A stretch of DNA of 63,991 bases, filler included, from Octopus bimaculoides (Eukaryota): the NCBI RefSeq assembly GCF_001194135.2. It is 3 parts of 3 records of this genome, joined end to end, with 100 filler letters (N's around TTAATTAATTAA, not from the genome) between each part and the next. Parts side by side here need not be neighbours in the genome. Positions count along the whole stretch, not along the records: positions 1 to 28,391 come from NC_068987.1; positions 28,492 to 41,260 come from NC_068984.1; 1 more part is not named here. One strand, 5' to 3'. Both the position numbers and the translations under genes were made by a program. The notes below the pieces were generated by a model, which had not been told where the DNA came from, did no database searches, and saw nothing but the letters and a program-made list of their open reading frames with translations. Below are positions 27,345 through 38,687 of the stretch, in pieces. Position 1 is the stretch's first letter. Each line of letters opens with the position of its first letter.

Positions 27345-28385
27345 TTCACCCCTTTAATAAAGACATGGGTGACGGTAACTGTATGTTCAGAGCTGTGTCA
27401 CTCTCGCTCAAAAACAACAAATTACCGAACTGTTCGGGAAGAGTCCGTACGATACATATGCAATAATTGGAAGTATTTTCATTCTTTTATTCCGAATAGT
27501 GCAATGCAGGAATACCAAGCACACATGAGTAGGGATGGAACATACGGAGGTAATGTTGAACTAGATGCCATCTTTATGGAACATACGGAGGTAATGTTGA
27601 ACTAGATGCCATTAGTGAATTGTAGTATATTGCAATTCAGGTGAATCACAAAAATGACAATGATATTATTCTTCCTCTGTTCACCGTTTGCGGTCAAACA
27701 TTTACAGAAAGGAAGGTTTTAGTGTAATATAGTGACGAAATTGACAAAGGTCACTACGATGCTCTCTTTCCCATAAATAATCGTGAGGATGAAAGAAATG
27801 TAGAAGGAAATGAAATATCACAAGACAGTAAAAAAGAGAAATGAATGAGAATTCAAACACTTTATATGAAAACTGTTGAAGAAAGTAAAAACTATCGGAA
27901 AGTTAGGTTGCAAAAAGATGAGGGAATATGAGAGGAAGACAAGAGAACAAGGTCATAAAGATAGGGAAATATGATTGTAGAGAAAGAAGGAAAATTACAG
28001 AAATAAAAAAGTACAAGAAAATAAAAAAGACAAAGAAATGAGATCGCAAAAAAGGAGAGAAAAAGGTAGACTAAATAGAAAACAATAGAGTGAGAGCGAC
28101 CGAATAATACAACTGAAAAGGAGAAAGCTTTCCAGAGAAAATCAACCGAAAAAGTATAGAGTCTATACTACAGACGATTTCAAGGGCAAGGTGTAGCATT
28201 TAATTATGGTCCTAATCATAATTATGCATCTAAAAAAAATTGTCTCCCTGGGCTCTATGTACAAAACGTATGAAAAGTGAGGTGCTAGGAAGTGAGACAA
28301 GGAATCGTTAGGTATGTGTTGTTCCATTTACCAATAACTCAGCCTCGAAAACTTATGAAACATCTTCTTTTGGGTATCAACTCTT
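27345..28385 (+). mobile_element. Degraded 5' part of a Helitron-like element: OTU cysteine-protease domain, charged linker and start of the Helitron Zn-binding N-terminal domain
   Basis: DMGDGNCMFRAVSLSL (Cys codon 27380), frameshift, then YRTVREESVRYICNNWKYFHSF...EYQAHMSRDGTYGGNVELDAI and KGHYDAL (His codon 27752), i.e. an OTU fold. Downstream, after a -1 slip in an A-run: AFNYGPNHNYASKKIVSLGSMYKTYEK*GARK*DKESLGMCCS then LPITQPRKLMKHLLLG, the typical Helitron AF-x-Y...G-x-M...C-x-x-C...W...GMCC...LP...LL-x-G motif. Multiple stops. Confidence 0.78.
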
Positions 28386-28503
28386 ATATATNNNNNNNNN
28401 NNNNNNNNNNNNNNNNNNNNNNNNNNNNNNNNNNNTTAATTAATTAANNNNNNNNNNNNNNNNNNNNNNNNNNNNNNNNNNNNNNNNNNNNTATATATAT
28501 ATA

Positions 28504-28653
28504 CGACGGGCTTCTTTCAGTTTTCCTCTACCAAATCCACTCACAAGGCTTTGGGTAGCCTGAGGCTATAGTAGAAGACATTTGCCCAAGGTGCCACGCA
28601 GTGGAACTGAACCCGGAACCATGTGGTTGGTAAGCACAAGCCACTCCTGCGCC
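28504..28653 (-). mobile_element. SINE family A, 5' half
   Basis: cgacgggcttctttcagtttt...ccactcctgcgcc; the 3' half is lost in or at the adjacent gap. Confidence 0.8.
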
Positions 28654-29022
28654 TTTATATATATATATTACACACGAGTATTTCTATACACAGATGATAC
28701 ACTCAGGAATGTATTAAAAACTTTTACGTCTATATACGATATACATATATACAAGAACACATGCTAACAAGCTTGGTTCGCAAACATACGGCCTCACAAA
28801 ACATCGCACACACGCACTCTCTCTCTCTCTCTCTGTCTCTCCCTCTCTCTCTAAAGTGATTCAGTAAACAGCATATTACCCCCGCCCCCAATAAAGGGCA
28901 ATCCCATTGTCTTCATCCGTTAATATTTCCCCCCATTAACCCCACTCCTAAGTTTAATGCAAACAAATATGAGACTTCATTCACTGATAACCCTCAATTT
29001 CCTCCGACATTTACCGCGGTTC

Positions 29023-29061
<39 letters not shown>

Positions 29062-29120
29062 CCACACCCAAACATACAATGAACACCTAACTGGTCAATT
29101 ATGACTGATCTCGTACACTT

Positions 29121-29501
29121 TGCTTGCTTCAGTCATTAGACTGTGGCCATGCTGGAGCACCGCCTTCAAGAATTTTGGTCGAACGGATCGACTCCAGAAC
29201 TTATAATTTTCTTTTTAAGCCTGGTATTTAGTCTAACGGTCTCTTTATGCCGAACTGTTAAGTTACGAAGACGTAAACACACCAACACCGGTTGTCAAGC
29301 GGTGGCAGGGGACAAACACAGACACACACTTACGCATATACCGCGGGCATCCTTCAGTTTCCGCCTACCAAACCCACTCAGAAAGTTTTGGTCGGTCCGA
29401 GACTATGATAGAAGACAGTAGCCTAAGATGCCACGCAGCGAGACTGAACCCTGAATCATGTGGTTGGGAAGCAAACTTCTTACCACACGGCCACACTTGC
29501 T
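29121..29501 (-). mobile_element. SINE family A, near full length
   Basis: Diverged reverse-complement copy. Confidence 0.85.
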
Positions 29502-29875
29502 CTTCGGCCTTTATAACATTTATCCTTTCACATCTCCACAACCTTTTCACTCACACAAATACATCACACATTTACCCACACTAAATAACTATCGCCAAAG
29601 AAAAGCTAATAAAAATAGAGACAAATAGTCATACTCATCACACCTCTCACACTTCTTAGACAAATAAGTTATATATGCACTTGAAGAAATTGCACCGCCT
29701 GAAGATGCCCACCCCTGATAAAACTGACGGTTACTTTGGAGCATTGAGCTTTCCAATATCCATAACAAAATCGTTACTCCACAAATGTGTGCAGTTCTCT
29801 TTTATTTTGTTTTATATTTCATTTATTTTCTGGGGCTATCAGTCCTTGTGCACTATACTTATACCTATCTATATG

Positions 29876-29913
<38 letters not shown>

Positions 29914-29920
29914 AGTCTGT

Positions 29921-29982
<62 letters not shown>

Positions 29983-31499
29983 GTCTATTTGTCTGTCTGT
30001 CTATCTTTCCCTCTCTCCTTCTTTGTTTCTGTTTGTGTGTGCGCATGTGCCTTTGTGTTTATATATATGACTGGATGAATGTGTAAAAGTCAATACCATA
30101 TGGGAACTATTAAGACGCCACAAAAGTTTTCATTTCTTGGGTGAGAAGATAGTCAATAGATGAGAGGTGGTTGGATGAGCCGAGGTGAAGCATCGGGTAA
30201 GTGAAAGGATTCGAACGACAGTCGGAACAGTAATGTTAATCTCATACAAACTGAAATACTTTCACATCCTTAAATAACGTAAACATGTTAATCATTAATC
30301 ATTAACCATTTTCAACAGATCATGTACAAAGTTAACTATTAACTAAAGAGTATTCAAGAAACGAATACATTATTTTTGAAAAACTTTAACAGAACCCCAC
30401 CACAACAAAATGAAATAAGAAACCCGAGTTTCATTTAGCTTACTTCTTTTGTGACCCCCATCAAGATCTACACACATATAACAACAGGTATACAATGGGA
30501 AAAATGTGATACGTCCAGGCTTTCATTCGCTAAATCAAGATATGTTGGAGTGTGAGTGTATAGACATCAACATGATGAAGGCAGTGGCTTCACACTGCAT
30601 TGGATCTCTGGGTCACATCCAGACGTTCGGCCAAGGTTACCAGCGACTCTTAGAACTACCCAAATAGAGACCAATGGATATCCGATAGCAACAATATTTG
30701 CCTAACTAAACACAGCACCTGAATATTTTTCTCAACTCGTTTCACTCTCAACAAATCATCCAACGACTACGACAGCGAGGTGTGTCTTCGAACGCTCTGA
30801 CACATAGACAAAATGTTTGAGGAAAGTTATCGAAATTAGTCGTATATTCATATATAGCTGCACAAAGCTGTTTTTAGACTTCTTAGTAAATATCAAAACT
30901 TCAAGCAAATGGAAAGATATATTGACATTTATCAACGACTGACGAGAAGAAAATATATGTTCTACTGAGTATTAATCTCTTTTTTTTTTGTGTGTGTGTG
31001 TGTGTTTTAATCTTTCTGTTTTTTATTACAAATGATAATTTCTGCCATTTTATGCAAGCAGTAGAAGTTAATTTGTTGGAGAATAACAAGTGTTCTATGT
31101 ATGCTGTGTTCAATATTGTTTGAATATTGGTAAGTAGAAGAGAAACGAATCTCTCCTCGACAGAAAAAGTTTGGTATATCTTCCCCACAGCAAGGTCTAA
31201 GCATCCTTACTTGAAAGAAGACAAAACTGCAACCAACTCATAACCTCTGGAACTGCAGATTCATATTTAAAGCACTGAACTATTTCACCCCTGTACAACT
31301 GATATCCCTCAAGACTATTTACTTCATGAAAAACCATCCAACTTAGTAGCTCAACTTTCTGAGTCCAGGATGCGGTTATTTAAGACGGCTGACACTTCTC
31401 ATTTGTAATGACTTTGTTCATCCCGGGGACCGTTACAACTGGAGGGAATAGCAATAGAAATTAGTGACAGGAATGAGATACATGCATGAAGACTAGACC

Positions 31500-31925
31500 C
31501 TAGGGTTCTGAGATTGCTAATAACAATAAAAACTGCTCTGTTGGGGACAGCTTGGATTTTGAGACTGGTGTTTGGGTGTTGAGTGCCTTCCGCGATAAGT
31601 TAACATCCAAGTACCAAAGCTTATAATTTGCGGAAAGGGAACCTTGTGAGACTTCAGACAACAGGTTGTTGTCTGCTCACACAGAATCGACCGAAGCAAG
31701 CAAGACCGACAGCGAAGATTTTGAGATTGGTACCAGGACGTTAAGTATCGAGTAAGAAGTCCCTGTGAGACCCTGTGGTTGTTGTCTTACAATATTAGCA
31801 AGGAGCAAGTGAAATCGAGAGCTCTGGGAAGTGAAATATGCAAATAGCTATCAATACAACAACAACAACAACAATAATAATGATAATAGTAATAGTAATA
31901 ATAATAATAATAATAATAAGAAGAA
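31500..31925 (+). mobile_element. Second, shorter R4/Dong-like 3' fragment with (AAC/AAT)n tail
   Basis: KTALLGTAWILRLVFGC* matches the R4 terminal QK-x-x-LLGTARILR motif; followed by UTR-like sequence and an AAC/AAT run at about 31855-31920. Confidence 0.55.
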
Positions 31926-31959
31926 GAAGAATGGTGACCGTTTGATTCTAGGGTTGTAA

Positions 31960-32295
31960 AGAAAGGGGACGAAAAACCGAAAAAGTACAATCCCTTAAAA
32001 TTTGAAATAAGAAGAATTTGGAGTATGAGAACTGTAAAGGTCGTGTCTATAATAATTGTGGTGCGTTGGGAAGAGTAAGCAAAGATAGACAAACGGCTGA
32101 AGGAGATTGGAATAGAATGCTCGGTAGTGTTCCTACAGAAAGTTTGTCTCTTAGGGACATCAAGGATTATCAGGAGGGTTCTAAGCACTTCGAAGGACTG
32201 CTGAAAACTTGTGGATACGTAAGGTTACAAGTAGAAATCGGCTACCCACATAAATCCTACCAGGAATAAGACCGAACCAGAGCCAAACCAAATAA
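31960..32295 (+). mobile_element. R4/Dong-like non-LTR retrotransposon 3' end (restriction-like endonuclease)
   Basis: With frameshifts: KKYNPLKFEIRRIWSMRTVKVVSIIIV/GALGRVSKD/KRLKEIGIECSVVFLQKVCLLGTSRIIRRVLS, followed by a short UTR and an aataataac tail. Confidence 0.8.
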
Positions 32296-32689
32296 TAACG
32301 ATAAGTACCAGTTATGCACTGGGGTCGGTATAATCGACTAACCCCCTTCCTCAAAAGCTTTCAAGGCCTTGTGCCTAGAGTAGAAAACTTTTGAGGAAGG
32401 GAGCCAGTCGATTACATCGACCTCAGTACGTAACTGGTACTTAATTCATCGACCCCGAAAGGATGAAAGGCAAAGTCGACCTTGGCGGAATTTGAACCCA
32501 TATAGCAAAGATAATAGCAAAGGATTGTTAAAAGAAATACAAAATCTTATGATATTAATTTTTAAGTGAAAAGTGCTTTTGGCCGATGTCTCAAGTACAT
32601 TTTGGAATTGGCCACACGTTGTTGTTGTTGTTGTTTCTTTTTTAAAAATAACATAAAAGAGAGATTCAAGAGAGTTTGTGTGTACTCAC

Positions 32690-32940
32690 CTCCTCCGTTT
32701 TTATAACATAAATAGGGAAACCGCCAGACATTTCCTAGTCCAATGCAATAACCGACACAGGAAAGAATAAAGTTGATTTTGCCATCCCACTGGTCACGCA
32801 CGAAGACCTTTTTGGCCTTGTCCGTTTTCATTTCGGCCGATCTTGAAGTGCCGTCCAGCTGTACTTGGGACCCATTTGTATACACAGGACCCAAGTAAGC
32901 GGGTTTCATCTCTATAGCTTCGTCTTTGCTCATTGTTACT
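32690..32940 (-). CDS. SLC6-like: SLC6 (sodium:neurotransmitter symporter) exon encoding the N-terminus and TM1; GABA/creatine/taurine-type amino-acid branch
   Basis: ATG at 32933 gives [11 protein letters not shown]...[37 protein letters not shown], the SLC6 signature. Donor G|GTGAGT at 32690/32689 is at the phase-1 position after NGGG that is typical of the family. Acceptor ccacccacag lies 7 nt upstream of the ATG. Confidence 0.96.
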
Positions 32941-34242
32941 CTGTGGGTGGTCCTTAAAGCAGAACACTACCTACAAACACTGCCGTAAAGAGTGCTTTAC
33001 TCCAGTCGTTGCTGCTGCTCCTGTTCCTGCTGTTACTGCTGCTGTTGCTGCTGCTGCTGTTGCTGCTGTTTCCTGCCGTGCTATTGTTCCTGTTGTTGTT
33101 GTCGTCGTCGTCGTTGTAGTTGTGATGGTACCAATAGTTGTAGCGGTGGTGGTGGTGGTGATACCTCTTCAATCCGCCAACAAAAATACCTGGTTTTAAA
33201 GAAAATATTTTTCCTCAGTGAATTCACTCAAAGAATTCATAATCTCCATCAAATCATTTGTTGTTGTTGTTGTTGATGTCGTGACTTTTATGCTAAACCT
33301 TATTAATGCTAAATGTTCGTCCAGAAAGTTCCTCTAAATGTATTTGCTCAGTTTTATTGCGTTGGCTCTGACTATTCTTCTTCTTCTTCTTCTTCTTCTT
33401 CTTCTTCTTCGTTATGTTGCTTATTTTGTTTTATTTGCCTTTCCTGGATTTTCGTTTTGTTTTCTTTTTCCCCCTTTTTTTTTCTTTTGTCCTGGCTCTT
33501 GATGGAGAGGCTTTCGATAGCGGGAGACAAGGATATTGATGATGATTATGACGATGATGATGATGATGCTGAAGACGACGATGCTATAAGTAATGGCAGT
33601 GGTAGTGATGATGGGGGGAGCGGTGCTGGGGACGATGATGGAGACGGTAGTAATAATAGAGGTGGCAGCGGCGGCGGTGCTGGAGATGGTGCTGGTGGTG
33701 GTATTGATGACGCGGAGGAAGATGGTTATATAACAGCTGGTATTGTAGACCGAGATGTGATATGGTGACGCTGGTGGCGCTGCTGCTGGTGTTGGCGGAG
33801 TTGGAACAAGAGTAGAGAATGCTTATGGAAATATTTGCTTAAGACGACCCCCAAGTTTTGTTTCTTTTTTTCCCCCTCTCCTCTCAGTCAGTTTTAGTGA
33901 CGTTGATGTTTTTTTTCTATATTTCTTGTTTTATTTTTTTTTATGTTTGTTGGTCTCTGATAATGTCGGTTGCTGTGTTATTGGTGGTGGTGGTCGCGGT
34001 AATTGTCATAATGTCCTTTTTAACTGTGACAATGTGACAAGCATTAATGCGACGGAACAAACTGAGAGAGAGACACACACACACACACACACACAGAATC
34101 TATCAATGGATCAACGCCACACAGTCACAGGGGAGCAAGAACGTAATACCCTCGGGTTACATGTGGCACCAATGACTAATCGATCTTTTGTTCTTTTTTT
34201 TTTTTTCTCTTAGTTTCACCTTTTCTCTGCCTCTTTTCTTAC

Positions 34243-34303
34243 GCCGATTTTCCACCTGTGCCGCCGCTACAAGTCACCATGGCTCTGCTAATCACCTGGT
34301 TCC
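34243..34303 (-). CDS. Inferred upstream SLC6 exon: 23 nt of UTR, a strong-Kozak ATG and codons for MVTCSGGTGGKS(A)
   Basis: Minus strand: tttctttctgccAG acceptor, GCCATGG at 34280, GC|GTAAGA donor. The phase-2 end joined to AGTAACAATG at 32940 reads GCA GTA ACA ATG, in frame with the SLC6 ORF. No transcript evidence. Confidence 0.55.
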
Positions 34304-34997
34304 CTGGCAGAAAGAAACCCAAGCCGTGTGTTCCGTTGCCGATGTTCTTAATGCTTGGAGCTCGCCTTCGTTCTTCTTCTCGTTTTTCGTTTGTTTTATT
34401 TTTGCCGGAGTAGGGGATAACTGTGCTGCTACTGCTGATGATGTTGTTGTTGGTGGTGGTGCTGCTGCTGTTGCTGTTACTGCTGCTGCTGCTGCAGGCG
34501 TTCTTGTTGTTCGAAGTTCTTTTGGAACCGCTATCGCATCGTCTCTTTGCGTTGGTGCCGGTTCTCAGTGATGATGGTGACGACGGTGGTGATAGAATCG
34601 TTAGCAGGTGATGTTAATGTCGGCAGTGTAAGTGAGGTGGCGCTGTGAGTGCTGCCAGCAGGTGGGGGAGTGCGAGGGTATCGATGATGTTGGCTGCGGT
34701 GGTTTCCTTTTTGCTGAAGGTGGAAGGTTTGTTATGAATGCACTTAATGGTGGTGGCGGTGGTGGTGGTGAGGAGGAGAAGGGGGATGGCGTTGTTGTTA
34801 TTGTTGCTGTTGTTTTTTTTGTTGTTGTTACTGTTAATGTTGTGATCTGCAATCGTTCATGTATGTATATGTGTACATATAAATAAGTATATATATTTAT
34901 ATGTCTATATATGTCTAGGTGTATATGTGTATATAGAAGTATGCAGTATATGTGCACCTGTTTGTTTGTTTCTTTTTGTTTGTTTTCTTTTTTTTAC

Positions 34998-35180
34998 CTT
35001 GGTGAATCTGTCGCTTGTGTTGGTCTCGCTTGGAACGGTATCACTCGAGCTGTGCCCCTAACACGACTGCTTCTGCCGTTTGACTCCCACTCAGTTCTTC
35101 AGCTCTGGCAGTTCCTCCAGTTACGCTTCCTCCTCCTCCTCCTCTTCCTTCTCCTCGTCGATCTCCTCCCACCGCTCGCC
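34998..35180 (-). promoter_or_regulatory. Candidate non-coding first exon / promoter-proximal GC-rich region of the SLC6 gene
   Basis: GC/CpG-rich unique sequence ending in a CAAG|GTAAAA donor on the minus strand. An in-frame TGA precedes the junction, so it would be UTR. The 5' limit is hidden by the gap at 35181-35235. Confidence 0.35.
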
Positions 35181-36960
35181 NNNNNNNNNNNNNNNNNNNN
35201 NNNNNNNNNNNNNNNNNNNNNNNNNNNNNNNNNNNGCGGTGGGGGTTGTGGCAGCAGGGGTGGGTGGGAGAGACGGGGTGGGACGGTTCCTCGTAAAGAT
35301 GAGACGTGCTGTGTCGGGTCCCAGAGACCAGGCGGAGACAACGGCCCCGAGAACGACGAAGAAGAGAAAGGAGAGAAAAGAGGCTGAAAGGGAGACAAAA
35401 AACAAAGAGGAAGCGGAGGTGCACGTGGTTAGGGGATTAGGTGAAACATCATTTGAGATAGGGAGGGGATCGGGGAGAGATTGGGACCAAGTGAAAAACA
35501 TTTATTTTTACTGGGGTCTGGGGAACGAAATACAAACTTTCAAAGATGGTTCTCTTTTCATCATCTCTCCTCATACGTTCAATCATTACTATCACCTGTC
35601 TACCTGTCCACACATCCATCTAATTGATAAATGATAATCATCAATTACAACTAATTACACATCTACGCTCACTCATACAAATATGATTTTTTCTTTCTCT
35701 TTCCCTAATTCTTTACAGAACTCTTTTATACGCACGAATCAACATTCAGTGGTTATGTCATAGCAAACTATTTGCCGTTTAATGTTGTAATTGTTGTTGC
35801 TGTCAATATTGTTGATGTTAGTGCAGTTTGTAGTTGTTGTTGCTATTCTTGTTAATGTTGTGTTGTTGTTACTATTGTTGCTCAGCTCATATAACTCACA
35901 ACTAATGCGAAATGGGTGAAACAAAACTTACTGTTCCTGTCACATTGTTTATGCTAAAGGGACTGGTAGGAATTATTGATATACACGATGATAATGATGA
36001 TGATGATGATGATGATAATGATGATGATGATGATGATGATGATGACGACAACATTTCTGTAATTTCATAAACTTTAATTANNNNNNNNNNNNNNNNNNNN
36101 NNNNNNNNNNNNNNNNNNNNNNNNNNNNNNNNNNNNNNNNNNNNNNNNNNNNNNNNNNNNNNNNNNNNNNNNNNNNNNNNNNNNNNNNNNNNNNNNNNNN
36201 NNNNNNNNNNNNNNNNNNNNNNNNNNNNNNNNNNNNNNNNNNNNNNNNNNNNNNNNNNNNNNNNNNNNNNNNNNNNNNNNNNNNNNNNNNNNNNNTATAT
36301 ATATATATATATATATATATATTATCAATCACTATGTATATATATATATATATATATATGTGTATGTGTGTGTATGTGTGTTTGTATCAATATATTAATC
36401 GCTAAGCCACTATGTTTTATACATACATTCGTTTCTTTGTGTGTGTGTGTGTATGTATGTGTGTGCATGTGTGTGAGTGTGTGTGTTATGTAAAGTCTTC
36501 AACGTGCAAAACCTGTGATATGCGATTTAACCTCCCCTCCATAAACAGAAATTAAATTATCTCACACAGTAGGCACACACACACACACACACACGCACTT
36601 GCGCGCGCGACGCATGCACATATGCACACTTATTGCTGTTGTTGTTGTTGTTCCTGATAATGATGACAGTGATAATCCTGGTGGTGGTGGTGGTGGTGGT
36701 GGTGGTGGTGGTGGTGAACGTTGTGGCTGAGGTTACCGTAGTGGTTATGGCGGTGGTGGTGTCATTTCATATTTTGCATTCATTTTTGTTTTGTTTACGT
36801 CTTATTTCTCTCTGAGAGTGTATATTCGTATGCATTTATGTGTGCGTGTGTATATGTATGCGTATGTATGTGTGTGTACGTATGTGTGTGTGTGTGCATG
36901 CGCGCGCGTTATTGTTGATGTAGTTTCAGAAGCGATTGCTCTGCTGTTTGTTGCTGCTAC

Positions 36961-36997
<37 letters not shown>

Positions 36998-37778
36998 AGT
37001 GACGACGGCGGCGGGGTGACCACGCTGGTGGCGATGATGTGATTGTTGATAAGGTTGCCGATGGTGATGGTGATTGTGATGATGTATTTGTTGTCCTTAT
37101 TATTGTGATGGTCACGGTCGGAAAATGTTTTTGAAATGTGAGTAACGCTGTCTGTTGCTGTGTTAGATTCTTAGTGAGAATTGAGCTGGCGTCTACTGAG
37201 ATGGGCGCTGTCCCTCCATAGCTGTGATACACAAAGCTTGTGATGTTCCTTCTTCTGAAGAAGCTAAATGAAGTGGCTGCAGTCACTTTGCGTTGGTCAT
37301 TCCAAATGGCCTGCTGTTGGACACACGGACACACACACTCACACACAGCTTTCAGTAACACGCACACGCAACTGTAAACACAATTATGTACACATTATAT
37401 ACACATGAACAAGCACACACAACTATATACCCACAACACACACACACACACACACATACACATGCACACAAACACACACATACAGTTCTTCTGCTATATT
37501 AAATGCCCTCCCACCTGCTGTTATGAACAAGATGGACACAGGAATGTTTTCTTAAAAACTGAAGAACTTCCCCATTAATTCCTCCTTTCCCGTCCCCATT
37601 CATACATTTGCCATTCTGCTATTCTTCTATTCTGTTATTCTATCGAACAGTTATTGCTACTTTCTCTTCTTTGCCAGTAAATATCCACTTCCATAACTCA
37701 CTTCACACAGTTTAGTGGTTGCATATACATACATAGACATAACATACATACATACACACATACACACACATGCATATA

Positions 37779-37846
<68 letters not shown>

Positions 37847-38360
37847 CACATGTATCTGTCTATCCATCTATCTATCTATACACACACACATACATACTTA
37901 TAGATAGATAGAGAGAGAGAAAGATATAGATAGATATAGATAGATAGATAGATAGATAGAAAGATGTAGATAGAGAGAGAGAGAGAGAGATAGACATAGA
38001 TTATATGTACGTATGTATATATATATATGTGTGTGTGTGTACTTATTTACGTAAATACAAGTGTGTAGAGATAAAGCGTAAAGGAAAAGCAAAAATAATG
38101 AAGAGAGCAGAGAAAGAGGGGGAAAAGGCGTGGAGGGGAGAAGAAGAAAGGAAAAGGAGAAAGAAGAGAAGAAAAAAACAGAAAGAAGGAAAAAAAACCA
38201 GAAAGATCAATAAAGAAAAGACATTTCAGGAATCGATGAAATAATGCAACTAACATATTGGGACGAATTGATCAGTTATAAAAGAGCCAGAATGGGATTG
38301 TGAGAAAAAAATGTGATGCGACTTTTATAGGAATCTGCAAGTATGTGTTTTATGTGTAAG

Positions 38361-38410
<50 letters not shown>

Positions 38411-38590
38411 NNNNNNNNNNNNNNNNNNNNNNNNNNNNNNNNNNNNNNNNNNNNNNNNNNNNNNNNNNNNNNNNNNNNNNNNNNNNNNNNNNNNNNNNNN
38501 NNNNNNNNNNNNNNTATATATATATATATATATATAGGCATGTATGTATGTGTGCATACACATGTATAAATATATACACGCAAATGTATG

Positions 38591-38652
<62 letters not shown>

Positions 38653-38687
38653 TACAGATATAGATATGTGCGTGTGTATATTCTTAA

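Noticed and set aside
28436-28447. Isolated TTAATTAATTAA embedded in N runs (also 41306-41317)
   Set aside because: An identical 12-mer flanked symmetrically by Ns is most likely a scaffolding spacer, not biology.
30690-30725. ttcag|GTGCT on the minus strand as a candidate next SLC6 exon
   Set aside because: In the required phase it reads GAVFS* and stops at once.
35041-35634. Overlapping 100-180 aa ORFs on both strands
   Set aside because: GC-rich low-complexity sequence spanning a gap; better explained as 5' UTR/promoter of the SLC6 gene.
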